A stretch of DNA of 59,637 nt, the filler included. It is 8 parts of 8 records of this genome, joined end to end, with 100 filler letters (N's around TTAATTAATTAA, not from the genome) between each part and the next. Parts side by side here need not be neighbours in the genome. Positions count along the whole stretch, not along the records: positions 41,853 to 48,390 come from SRR31147125_61855; positions 48,491 to 54,033 come from SRR31147125_61886; 6 more parts are not named here. One strand, written 5' to 3'. A model generated the notes under the pieces. It was not told where the DNA came from. It saw only the letters and a list, made by a program, of their open reading frames with translations, and did no database searches. Shown here in pieces: positions 41,853 to 52,918 of this stretch. The translations under genes and the position numbers were made by a program. The stretch's first letter is position 1; each line of letters starts with the position of its first letter.

Positions 41853-44800
41853 GAAGCCCTCCAGATCCTTGAGACGGAACTTGGCAAGGATGAACTGACG
41901 GGGATCAAAACCCTGGTTGATTTTCTAGGCGAGGATGTTCCGCTGGTCTTTCCTGCAAGCTTTTCCCTTCCCCAAGTAGCCGATTGTCTTCAATCTTTTC
42001 ATTCCTTTGTCACGGGCTCCCGCAAAAAAACGGATGTCACCGTGATTAAAGGCCGTCTAACCGGGCATCATTTACTCTTCGCCCGGGCTCCTAATGTTCC
42101 TCACCTCCTCGATTCAATTCAAGTTTTTCTGCGTCGCCAGGGGATAACTTTCCGGGTGATCGGTCATCCGACCTTTACCGTTCGCCGCGATAACGGTACG
42201 GCTTTTTTCCAAAGAGGGGATGTCGGACTCTTTTCTTCTGATCGATATTATCGAAAAAGAGAGGTTTTCCGGTTCCCAACTTGAAAAGGGGATCAGGGCT
42301 CTTGTGAAGGATGTCCTCTCGCTTGCTGCCGAACGTCGGGTACTCGCGGAAAAACTTGAGGAACTCGGTAAACATCCCGGATTAGATGCGCACCGGGATT
42401 TTCTCGACTGGCTCGGCCAGGGCAATTTTCTCCCTTTTTCCTACCGCCGCTTCTCTTTCCGAGGGCGCGGAGGGAAGGCGACTTTTGAGCGCGGGGAGGA
42501 AGCGGCTCTGGGGATATCCAGATTCTTCGATGCCCTTATTCCTGCTGCAAGTAAATCTCTGGAAGAGTGCGACAATCAGGTTGGGGAAAGATTTCTCCGC
42601 AAGGGCGTTGCGGTGGTTGAAGAGTTGGACATGGCCAGCCCCATCTATCGTCTGGAGAACCTTTTTTATCTCGGTTTTCGTACTCCGAACGGGAAAAACG
42701 CCTGGCATGAACACGCTTTTATCGGGCTTTTCACACAGCGGCGGCGGGAAGAGGTGAATACCCACATTCCAGCTCTCCGGGACCGGCTCATGGTGGCCAT
42801 CGAGGAACTCGGATTTTCCGAGGAGACGTTCGATTTTCGCAAAACGTCTGAAATTTTCAATCTTTTGCCCAAAGTTGAATTATTCTTCATGGAGCCGGAA
42901 GAGTATGTTCACATGGTGCGCTCATTCAGGCTCCTGTTCCGCTTCGGAGCGGTCAAGGTTGTCGCAACACGGAACCTGTCAGCCAGGGCGCTGACGGTCC
43001 TTATCATCATGCCCCGCGAATTTTATCAGTCGCAACGTCTTGAGCGCATGGAAACCTATCTTTGTCGCTTTTTTCATACCCAATCAGCGCCTCTGCACAT
43101 TGTCCGCATGACCGATGACTACTTGAGTATGCACGGGTATATCACGCCTGCGAAACCTGATGAAAACTTTGATATGGAAGGTCTGGAGCGCGCCCTGACC
43201 CGTATTATGCTCCCCTGGAACATCAAATTCAGCCGCCTTCTGGCCCGCCGCTACGGCGAAAAGAACGGGGCGCTGCTGGCGGCTAAATACGGCGACGGCT
43301 TTTCCGAAGGTTATCGCCCGCTGGTGCATCCCCGCTTTGCGGTTCGGGATGTGGAGAGCATGGAAAGGTTGTTCCAAAACGGAAATGAGAGCGCCGGCCT
43401 CTGGGGGCCTTTCAGGCTTAAAGATCGTTTTTTCCGTCTCCAGGTGTACAGTTTTCGGGAGGTGAACCTCAATGAACTGATGCCGGTGCTGGAGAATCTC
43501 AACCTTCACGTTCTCAACGAAGTCGATTTTCAGGTCGAGGTCGCGGACCGGGAAATTTTTATCAAAAGTTTTTCCATCCACATCGATTTCGAGGAAAGCA
43601 ATGGCGGATTAAGGGAGAGGCTTCTCGATGCTTTTCAGGCCCTTCGTGAGAACCGCCTGGAAGACGATTACCTCAATCGTCTCATTGTTTCGACCGGTCT
43701 TTCCTGGAAAGAGGTTGATGTTCTGCGAAGCTACCGGAATTACTATTCTCAACTCGACTCCCCTTTTTCCAAACTGCGGGTCGATATGAGCCTGGTCAAT
43801 AATTTTCGGGCCGCCGAACTCCTGTTTCGTTATTTCGAGGCCCGCTTCCGCCCCTTACCGGAGTGGAAAGATTTTCTCGATCGCGAGGAGCAGGCTCTTT
43901 CGCCTCTGCGTCTGGAATTCCTCCAACTGCTCGACTCCATTGGCGACATAACCGAGGACAAGATCATCCGCACCCTTTTCAACCTCATCGATTCCACGGT
44001 ACGAACCAATTTTTTTCAGCGCGAGAATGCACCTGAATTTTTCATTTCCTTCAAAGTCAACGCCCTTGGAATTATCGACATGCCCGCTCCCCGTCCCCTT
44101 TACGAGGTTTATGTCCACGCCAGGGATATGGAGGGGATTCATCTCCGCGGAGGCAAGGTCGCTCGTGGTGGAATTCGCTGGTCCGACCGCCATGATGATT
44201 TCCGTACTGAAATACTCGGGCTGATGAAAACCCAGATGACGAAAAACACGCTCATCGTTCCCGTCGGCTCCAAAGGCGGATTTACGGTCAAGCTTCCGTT
44301 TTCCGGACGTGAAGAGGGGGCTGAACTTTCCCGCCGAGCCTATGAGCGCCTTATGCGCGGGCTTCTCGATCTTACCGATAACCTTGTAAATGGGAAAATA
44401 AAGCGGCCCGCTTCTCTCATTGTTTATGACGATGAAGATCCCTATCTGGTCGTTGCTGCCGACAAGGGGACCGCTCATCTTCCGGATGTGGCCAATGGCG
44501 TCAGCGAATCCTACAAATTCTGGCTGGGGGATGCCTTTGCGAGCGGCGGAACCCACGGCTATGACCACAAAAAATTAGGGATCACCGCCCGCGGCGCCTG
44601 GGTATGCGTGCAGCGTCATTTTCGTGAACTCGGCACGGATATTCAGGAAGAACCGATCAGCGTTGTCGGGATCGGGGATATGAGCGGCGATGTGTTCGGC
44701 AACGGCATGCTCTGTTCCCGCAAAATCCGCCTTCTCGGAGCATTCAATCATCGCCATATTTTTCTCGACCCGAATCCTGATCCCGAGGTCTCCTTTAAGG

Positions 44801-46549
44801 AAAGGAAGCGTCTCTTCAAGCTGCCACGTTCCTCTTGGGATAGCTACGATCCGGGACTGTTCTCCCCCGGCGGCGGTGTTTATTCCCGCAGTGCCAAGGA
44901 GATCCAACTTTCGGAAGAGGTACGCAACTGGCTGGGGACCCGACATGAAACCATCGACGGGGACGGTCTCGTCCGTCTCCTGCTTAAGGCCGAAGCCGAT
45001 CTGCTCTGGAACGGCGGCATCGGTACCTATGTCAAGGCGAGCTCTGAAAGTAACGATGAAGTCGGAGATCGCAGTAACATCGCGACCCGCATTAACGCCA
45101 ATGAACTCAATGTTCTGGTGGTTGGTGAGGGTGGTAATCTCGGTTTCACCCAGCTTGCGCGTTTGGAATATGCTCTCCAGGGTGGTCGCATCAACACCGA
45201 TGCCATAGACAACTCCGGCGGGGTCGACTGTTCCGACCACGAGGTCAATCTGAAAATTTTCCTTGGCCAGATCCGCTATAAGGGCAAGAAAGGGATGCCC
45301 CTTGAAGAGCGAAACCGTCTGCTCGAAGAGGTGACCGAAGAAGTCTGCGGCGATGTTTTGCGCAACAATTACCACCAGAGTCTGTGCCTTTCCCTCGATC
45401 AGCTGCGCTGTGCCAGGGATGTGTATTCATTCCTGGATCTAACCGACTATCTGGTCAACAAAGGGTTGCTGGATCGCGGCGGGGAGTTCCTGCCTTCCAA
45501 TAAAGAGGTCCTGTCCCGATCCGAGAGGGTCCTCTTGCCGCCCTGAGCTTTCTATTCTTCTGGCCTACAGCAAGATGGATCTTTATCAGGAACTGCTCAA
45601 GAACGATCTCGCCGATCTTCAGGAGTCTCCCTCTTTCCTGCCGGCCTATTTCCCCGAGCCTGTGGGGCGGGTTGCCGGTCCCCAGGTCGGGGCTCACCCC
45701 CTCGCCCGTGAGATTACCAGCACCATGGTTACCAATTATGTCAGCGACCGGGCCGGGTGCACCTTCGGTTACCGGATGGCCGTTCAGACCGGCACCTCGC
45801 TTTTCGAGGCGGCATCCACTTATCTGGTTTTTGACGCGGCATTGCGGGGTGAGGATATTCGCAATCAGCTTTTTTCTCTCGACAACAAGCTTCCTTCCGA
45901 GCGTCAGTACGACATTCTTCTGCAACTGGAAGAGATCCTCGGATTTCTCTGCCACTGGGCTCTCAGGTACAGCCGACCGCTTCCTTTCATAATATCGGTT
46001 TGTGAAAAAATCGAGGCGGAAATGGAGGATTATTTCAAATCTCTGGCTTCCCTTGTGGAGGAAAGCACTTGGCGCAAGACCAGGGAAGAGGCTGAAGAGT
46101 TGGAAGAATCGGGAGTGGCGACGGAAGCGGCTACGAGAATTTCCCTTCTTTCCTATCTCAAGGATTTCCTTCCGGTGGCAACCCTGGTGGAAAAAACCGG
46201 AATGGATTTCTATTCCATCGCCCAGACGTACAATGAACTTCATGAGCGTTTTGAAATCGACGATGTCCTCAACCGCCTGGAAGGGATACCGCTGCGCGAC
46301 AACTGGGACCGGATGGCCAAAAAGACCCTGGTGGCAAAAGTTCTTTCTGTGGGCTACCAGCTGACTGCCGAGATCTGGGAAAATTCCAACGGCAATCTGG
46401 AAAACTTCCTGACCCGAAGGCGACCGCAGTTCGACGCTTACCGCAAACTGAAAATGGAGCTGAACCGCACCAACTCCCTCAACTTCAACCCATTTGCGGT
46501 CCTGATCCAGGTTTTGGAAGAGGTCTTGCCTTCCGATTTCGGGAGTTGA
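41853..46549 (+). CDS. gdhB: Large NAD-specific glutamate dehydrogenase (Bac_GDH type); 5'-truncated, two apparent frameshifts
   Basis: EGIHLRGGKVARGGIRWSDR, DPYLVVAADKGTA, GIGDMSGDVFGNGML, GEGGNLG, INTDAIDNSGGVDCSDHEVN; N-terminal ACT-like VPHLLDS; breaks near 42220 and 45540. Confidence 0.92.
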
Positions 46550-46669
46550 GGATAGCGGCGTTTGTCGGAATCAGGGATGGGGCTTCTGAACATGAGGCAT
46601 TTTTTCCTCCACATCTGGAAATTTCTTTCAGTCTGTGGTACATTCCCAGAGATTCAATAAAAATTATGG

Positions 46670-46780
46670 TGCCGTGGGGCCCGGAACCTGTGCCGGAGCC
46701 CGATTCGGCAATCTCTTTTTGTTAATCGTTTTTCAGCGGAAGCCCATACCGCCTGGATCATCCGACCGGGACGGAAGGCC
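46670..46780 (+). ncRNA. pan RNA motif (two hairpins with bulged adenosines) in the panB leader
   Basis: Hairpin 1 GGGC-CCGG-A...CCGG-A-GCCC (46677-46701); hairpin 2 CCG-CCUGG-A-UC[AUCC]GA-CCGGG-A-CGG (46749-46774) with bulged As on opposite strands; directly upstream of panB-panC. Confidence 0.8.
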
Positions 46781-46828
46781 ATACCAACGGACCCCTTGGA
46801 GCGACTTCTTTTCGGGGTGAACACCGGT

Positions 46829-46864
46829 GCCTTTCTGACTCTGTCGGAAAGGCTTTTTTATTTT
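46829..46864 (+). terminator. Intrinsic terminator/attenuator in the panB leader
   Basis: GCCTTTCTGAC-TCT-GTCGGAAAGGC stem followed by TTTTTTATTTT, 40 nt before panB. Confidence 0.85.
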
Positions 46865-46904
46865 AAACCGGGTTATTTGTTTCCGAGTGGAAGGATTGTT
46901 GATT

Positions 46905-47705
46905 GTGACTGGACCCAAGACCATTCTCGATATTCAGCGCCTCTATGCCGAAGGCCAAAAAATCACCATGTTGACGGCCTATGATTATCCGATTGCCCGC
47001 CTTCTGGACCAGGCCGGGATTGATATCATTCTTATCGGCGATTCCCTCGGTACGGTTATGGCGGGTCATGACACGACCCTTCCAGTGACTCTGGAGGAAA
47101 TGATCTACCATACCCGGGCCGTTGTGCGCGGAAACCGAAACGCCGTCATTGTTGCCGATCTTCCGTTTTTATCCTACCAGATCGATATCCCCGAGGCGCG
47201 GCGCAGTGCCGGCCGTCTGGTCAAAGAGGGGGGCGCTCATGCCGTCAAGCTTGAGGGTGTTCATGTCCAGGAGACGATTCGGGCTATTGTCAACATGGAT
47301 GTACCGGTCATGGGTCATGTCGGCCTCACTCCCCAGTCGGTTCACCGCATGGGCGGATACCGGGTTCAGGGCCGCGAGGAAGAGCAGGCGGAAAAAATTC
47401 TCGCCGATGCCCGGGCCGTGGAAGAGGCCGGTGCTTTCTCCATTGTGCTTGAGGGTCTGCCCAAAGGTCTTGGCGGGCAGATTACCGCTGAGCTCAATAT
47501 CCCCACCATCGGTATCGGCGCCGGGGTTCACTGTGACGGCCAGGTGCTGGTGACCCATGATATGCTCGGGCTATGTGATAAATTTGAGCCCAAATTCGTG
47601 AAAAAATATGTCGATCTGAAGGAGATTCTCCATCAGGCCTTCGGTGCCTATATCGAGGACGTCGGAAATGAAACTTTCCCCGCAGACGAACACAGCTTTA
47701 AATGA
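46905..47705 (+). CDS. panB: 3-methyl-2-oxobutanoate hydroxymethyltransferase
   Basis: MLTAYD, LIGDSLG, ADLPFLSY, VKLEG, GHVGLTPQS, IGIGAG, DGQVLVTHDMLG; GTG start at 46905 preferred. Confidence 0.96.
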   Translation: MTGPKTILDIQRLYAEGQKITMLTAYDYPIARLLDQAGIDIILIGDSLGTVMAGHDTTLPVTLEEMIYHTRAVVRGNRNAVIVADLPFLSYQIDIPEARRSAGRLVKEGGAHAVKLEGVHVQETIRAIVNMDVPVMGHVGLTPQSVHRMGGYRVQGREEEQAEKILADARAVEEAGAFSIVLEGLPKGLGGQITAELNIPTIGIGAGVHCDGQVLVTHDMLGLCDKFEPKFVKKYVDLKEILHQAFGAYIEDVGNETFPADEHSFK

Positions 47706-47724
47706 TATCCACCTGGATCGGGAT

Positions 47725-48390
47725 ATGAAGATTATTCATGATCCGGATGAGATGCAGACTTGCGCCGCGGAACTTATTGCGCAGGGCAAACGGATCGCTT
47801 TTGTTCCGACCATGGGTTATCTCCATGACGGCCATCTCTCCCTCTTGCGGGAGGGGCGCAGGCAGGGGGATGTTCTCGTCCTTTCCATTTTTGTCAACCC
47901 GATTCAGTTCGGCGAGGGGGATGACTTCAGTGTCTATCCACGGGATTTTGATAATGATAGTGAACGGGCACGTTCCGTAGGCGTCGATATCCTGTTTGCG
48001 CCGGATGTGGAAGATCTTTACCCTGGCGAATTTTCGACCTACGTCGAAGTCGGTGGCTTGACCGATACCCTGTGCGGGAGAAACCGTCCCGGCCATTTCC
48101 GGGGCGTGACCACGGTTGTGAGCAAGCTTTTCAACCTCGTTAAGCCATGGGTCGCCATATTCGGGCAAAAGGATTTTCAGCAGGCTCGCGGTTATTCGCC
48201 GCATGACCCGCGATCTCAATATGGACATCAAGATCTGCGGCATGCCGATCGTGCGCGAAGAAGACGGGCTGGCCATGAGCTCACGTAATGTTTATCTTGA
48301 TTCCGACCAGAGAAACCAGGCTCTGGCTCTTTCCGATGCCCTGCGCCTGGGATGTACCCTGGTCGGGGCAGGGGAGAGGATTTCCGGCGA
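47725..48390 (+). CDS. panC: Pantoate-beta-alanine ligase (3'-truncated, one apparent frameshift near 48184)
   Basis: [49 protein letters not shown]. Confidence 0.94.
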
Positions 48391-48490
48391 NNNNNNNNNN
48401 NNNNNNNNNNNNNNNNNNNNNNNNNNNNNNNNNNTTAATTAATTAANNNNNNNNNNNNNNNNNNNNNNNNNNNNNNNNNNNNNNNNNNNN
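48391..48490. other. Artificial contig spacer
   Basis: N44-TTAATTAATTAA-N44. Confidence 0.98.
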
Positions 48491-51400
48491 GAGAATCTGA
48501 TTCGGGAACTTCTTATCCATTACGAAGCATTCAGTCGATGTGATGCCGCCTCTCTCTCAAAAGGGCCGACAGCAGTGCCTCAGCCGCTGTCTCCCCTTCC
48601 CTTTCACTACAAAGACTATGTGGCCTGGCAGGAACGCATGGAGGAGCAACCGAAAATGCAGGCTGCCAAAACCTACTGGGAGCAACGATTGTACGGAGAA
48701 CTTCCCCTTCTCAATCTGCCGACGGATCTCCCCAGGCCCATGTTGCAATCTCCCCATGGAGCTCGACAGACCTTTACGATTGCTCCGGATCTGTACCGAG
48801 AGTTGACCGAATTTGGAAAATCCCGTCATTCGAGTCTCTTTATGGTGTTGACAACGATTCTCAAACTCCTGCTTTATCGCTATACCGGCCAAAAAGACAT
48901 CATTTTGGGAACGCCCGTTGCTTCCCGGAACCATCCCGATCTGGAAAATCAGATCGGACTCTATATCAACATGCTGGCCCTTAGAGATATCATCGCTCCG
49001 GATCAGAGTACCGACACTCTTTTAAAAGGGATTCGCCAAACCTGCATAGAGGCCTTTGATCATCAGATATATCCATTTGACCGGTTGGTCGGCGATCTCT
49101 CTTTGGAGAGGGACCTAAGTCGAAATGTCGGATTTGACGTCATGATCGTTTTGCATCATCAGGAACCGGATCTCCCTTCCGTTTCCGGGTTGACGGCATC
49201 TCCCCTTGAGTTTGAAAACCCGACGGCAAAATACGATCTCACCTTTACCATTTTTGCCGGTAGCGATTCCCTTTCCATGGAGATAGAATACAATACAGAC
49301 CTCTTTCTCCCGGATCGCATCATAAGGATGGGGGCTCATTTCGAGACCCTTGCCGCAGCGATCCTCACCAACCCCACCTGCCCTGTGGGACAACTGGAGA
49401 TCATGCCGGTGGAAGAAAAAAGGCAGGTGATTTCCAAATTCAACGCCACGGAAAGGGATTATCCCAAAGATCTAACCATGGCCGATCTGTTTGAAAGACA
49501 GGCAGCAAAACGGCCGAACGCTACGGCCATTGCCTACGAAGACGTTCGAATTTCATATGCCGAACTCGACCGTTTAGGCAATAGGCTTGGACAATATCTG
49601 ATTGAAACGCATGGCGTTCAGCCCGAAGATAAAGTGACGATCCTGATGGAAAAAAGTCCGTGGGTGCCTGTTGCCATGCTTGGTATTCATAAAGCAGGTG
49701 CGGCGTATCTCCCCATCAATCTAGCCACGCCGCCGGAGCGCATTCGGTACATTGTGGAAGATTCCGAGTGCAACGTGTTGCTCACGGATGAAAATGCAAT
49801 CAATAACCAGTTGATCGATTTTCGCACGGGTGAAGACAATTCTTTCACGCTCCCCTGCCCGGTGACGGATCTACCGCAACTCTTCTCTGAAGAGATGTCC
49901 ACTCCCATTTATCCACCCAAAGTTGAACGACGAAGTAATCAGGTAGGCTTTGTCATTTATACGTCAGGGTCCACCGGTCTTCCAAAGGGAACACTGCTGG
50001 AGCACCGTCATATGATTCGTCTGGTATACAATCCCATTGACGGGATGATCAATCCGGGTGAGTGCATGTCTCAAACCACAGCCTTTTCATTCGATGTCCA
50101 TGTGTTCGAGATCTGGGGCGGATTGATCAACGGCTGCTGTCTCTGTATTCCGCCGGAAACTGCCATTGTGGAGGCTCCCCAAATGCATCGATACATTCAG
50201 GGACACGGTCTCGACATCATGTGGATGACCACCAGTCTGTTCAATCAGTTTGTGGAGGTCGACATCGAGATGTTCAAAGGGGTTAAAAAGTTGATCGTGG
50301 GAGGAGAAAAGCTCTCTGCGCCTCACTTAAACCGGGTGAAAGACGCTTTTCCGGAAATCCGACTATTCAATGGATATGGACCGACGGAAAATTCCGTTTT
50401 CACGACCCTGTTCGAGCTGGAAAAGCGATACCCCGACGATGTCCCGATCGGTCCACCAAGTGCCAACTGCAAGGTCACTGTCCTGGACGAAAACGACCAC
50501 CCCGTACCCATAGGGATTCCGGGTGAACTGTGTGCTTGGGGAGACGGTGTGGCCCGGGGATATTTGAACCGCCCCGAGCTCAATGAGAAATGCTTTGTCT
50601 CCCATCCGCTGTTCCCCCAGGAGCGCATGTACCGCATCGGTGACATGGGCATGTGGGATGCCGACGGTATTTTGCACTATTTCGGTCGTAACGACGATCA
50701 GGTGAAGGTACGCGGCTATCGCATAGAGCTTGGGGAGATCACGAACGCCATCCTGTCCCACCCGGACATTCCCCAGGCCATCGTAATGATTCGCACCCTG
50801 GAAGACGGCTTCAACAAGGAGCTGGTGGCATACTTCACAGCGACCTTGGAGGCACAAAAAGAACTCACCCCATCTGCCATGCGCACCTTTTTGTCGGACC
50901 GACTGCCGGGTTACATGGTTCCCGCCCACTTCGTGGCTTTGGAAAAAATGCCTCTCAATCCTTCCGGAAAGGTGGATCGAAGCAATTTACCTGCTCCGGA
51001 GCGTATTGCTGCCGCATCTGATTCAGATATCGATTACAATGCCCCCCGAACTTCGGAAGAGACGATTCTGGTCAAAGTGTGGCAGAAAATATTAAACGTT
51101 CCAAAAATCGGAATTTTCGACAACTACTTCACCCTTGGTGGGGATTCCATCAAAGCCATTCAGATGGTCTCCCATCTCTCCAGGGAAAATCTGGTGGCTG
51201 AGGTGAGGGATATTTTCCAGAATCCCACCATTGCAGATTTAGCCCGCTATGTTCAGCCTGCAAAAATCACCATCGATCAGGATGCGGTCATAGGAAAAGT
51301 CCCCCTCACGGCGGTTCAACACTGGTTCTTCAATCATCATGAAACGACGCCTCATCACTTCAATCAAGCCCAGCTCATCCATTCAAAGGTTCCCATGGTG

Positions 51401-52903
51401 CCGGACGCTGTTGAAAAAGCCATCATTGCCGTTCAAGCGCACCACGATGCCTTGAGGATGACCTTCTCGCTCTCCGCTCTATCAGAAAGCGGAAAAAACG
51501 ACTTTCAGAGTGAATCCGCCGATCATACCCTTCATACGGATACCGGACCCGGCAACATTATCCAGAAAAACCGGGCCATCGACCACCCCCTTGATTTCGA
51601 ATTCATTGATTTCAGCCGGGAATCAAATCCGGTTGAGGCACTAAATCGTCTGACCGAAGAGATTCAATCGGGTATCGATCTTGAGAACGGTCCGCTTTTC
51701 AAAAGTCGATTGATCCGTATGTCTGATGGTGATCGCCTTCTCATGGTACTTCACCATTTGATTGTGGACGGCATCTCATGGCGTATTTTAGCCGAAGATA
51801 TCCAGACCGCCTATCAGCAGCTGCTTGAAGGAGAGACCATCCTCCTTCCACCGAAAACCCACAGCTTTAAAACATGGGCTGAAAAGATCCAATCCTATGC
51901 TGCTGAAACATCTTTATTGGATGAGCTGGATTACTGGCAGGAAATCGAAAATGCTCCGGTTGCATCATTTCCTTTGAATTCTTCCTTCAACAATCCGGAA
52001 AGTGACTCCGGCAATGGAGGTGCCTTTGATGCCGAAACAAATTCCCATATGCTGTGCGCCTGTGGCGGGAGAATCAAAAGAAAAGATACGGAAACGGTGG
52101 AAGCCTACCTGGGACCTGACGAAACGGAACTTTTGCTGACCACGGCCCATCAGGCACTTCGAACCCAGGTAAACGATTTACTGTTGACCGCCCTTGCACA
52201 GGCATTTTCATCTTGGCACGGGGGAGCCGCCACCAGGATCGTTCTTGAAGGGCACGGTCGAGAGGAGATCATTCAAGGGGTGGATATTTCCCGAACCGTG
52301 GGATGGTTTACCACCATGTATCCGGTACTTCTTGATCTGCCGAAAGGACATGATATTTCCTACCAGGTGAAACATATCAAGGAGACACTCCGTAACGTGC
52401 CGAACAACGGATTTGGATATGGCATTTTACGGTATCTCTCCCCATCAGATACACCATTTCCATCGAAGCGTCTTGAAACGGAAAACGGAGCCAACCATGC
52501 ATCACCGAAAAGTCGCTCGAACAGACCGATTGAGTGGGGACCGCTCCCATCTGTCAGTTTTAACTATCTGGGCCGATTCGATACCGAAACGACACCTGGA
52601 TTCGCCATTGCCCAGGAGAGTGCCGGAAACTGCATCGGGCCGGATGTGGAGATCACCCAGGACATCGATATCAATTCCATGGTAACCGATCGTGGACTTC
52701 ACATCACTTTGACCTACAACACCAAAGCACTCTCATCCCATGAAATGAGAAATCTGATCCAGGCGTTCAAATCGGCATTGGAACTGCTTATCACTTACCT
52801 TGTCGATGAAGCGGAAAGCGACATCACGCCCAGTGACATCGATTTTGACGGTATGGATATGGATGAACTGGATCAAATGCTGAATAGTATCGGAGATAAT
52901 TAA
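48491..52903 (+). CDS. Non-ribosomal peptide synthetase, last module (C)-A-T-E plus COM donor tail; 5'-truncated
   Basis: C-domain C-half; A domain (YTSGSTGLPKG, NGYGPTE, NPSGKVDR); T domain GGDSI; E domain HHLIVDGISW, EGHGRE, RTVGWFT, FNYLG; terminal TPSD...ELDQML. Confidence 0.95.
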   Translation, partial: ENLIRELLIHYEAFSRCDAASLSKGPTAVPQPLSPLPFHYKDYVAWQERMEEQPKMQAAKTYWEQRLYGELPLLNLPTDLPRPMLQSPHGARQTFTIAPDLYRELTEFGKSRHSSLFMVLTTILKLLLYRYTGQKDIILGTPVASRNHPDLENQIGLYINMLALRDIIAPDQSTDTLLKGIRQTCIEAFDHQIYPFDRLVGDLSLERDLSRNVGFDVMIVLHHQEPDLPSVSGLTASPLEFENPTAKYDLTFTIFAGSDSLSMEIEYNTDLFLPDRIIRMGAHFETLAAAILTNPTCPVGQLEIMPVEEKRQVISKFNATERDYPKDLTMADLFERQAAKRPNATAIAYEDVRISYAELDRLGNRLGQYLIETHGVQPEDKVTILMEKSPWVPVAMLGIHKAGAAYLPINLATPPERIRYIVEDSECNVLLTDENAINNQLIDFRTGEDNSFTLPCPVTDLPQLFSEEMSTPIYPPKVERRSNQVGFVIYTSGSTGLPKGTLLEHRHMIRLVYNPIDGMINPGECMSQTTAFSFDVHVFEIWGGLINGCCLCIPPETAIVEAPQMHRYIQGHGLDIMWMTTSLFNQFVEVDIEMFKGVKKLIVGGEKLSAPHLNRVKDAFPEIRLFNGYGPTENSVFTTLFELEKRYPDDVPIGPPSANCKVTVLDENDHPVPIGIPGELCAWGDGVARGYLNRPELNEKCFVSHPLFPQERMYRIGDMGMWDADGILHYFGRNDDQVKVRGYRIELGEITNAILSHPDIPQAIVMIRTLEDGFNKELVAYFTATLEAQKELTPSAMRTFLSDRLPGYMVPAHFVALEKMPLNPSGKVDRSNLPAPERIAAASDSDIDYNAPRTSEETILVKVWQKILNVPKIGIFDNYFTLGGDSIKAIQMVSHLSRENLVAEVRDIFQNPTIADLARYVQPAKITIDQDAVIGKVPLTAVQHWFFNHHETTPHHFNQAQLIHSKVPMVPDAVEKAIIAVQAHHDALRMTFSLSALSESGKNDFQSESADHTLHTDTGPGNIIQKNRAIDHPLDFEFIDFSRESNPVEALNRLTEEIQSGIDLENGPLFKSRLIRMSDGDRLLMVLHHLIVDGISWRILAEDIQTAYQQLLEGETILLPPKTHSFKTWAEKIQSYAAETSLLDELDYWQEIENAPVASFPLNSSFNNPESDSGNGGAFDAETNSHMLCACGGRIKRKDTETVEAYLGPDETELLLTTAHQALRTQVNDLLLTALAQAFSSWHGGAATRIVLEGHGREEIIQGVDISRTVGWFTTMYPVLLDLPKGHDISYQVKHIKETLRNVPNNGFGYGILRYLSPSDTPFPSKRLETENGANHASPKSRSNRPIEWGPLPSVSFNYLGRFDTETTPGFAIAQESAGNCIGPDVEITQDIDINSMVTDRGLHITLTYNTKALSSHEMRNLIQAFKSALELLITYLVDEAESDITPSDIDFDGMDMDELDQMLNSIGDN

Positions 52904-52918
52904 AAAGAGGTAAATTGA

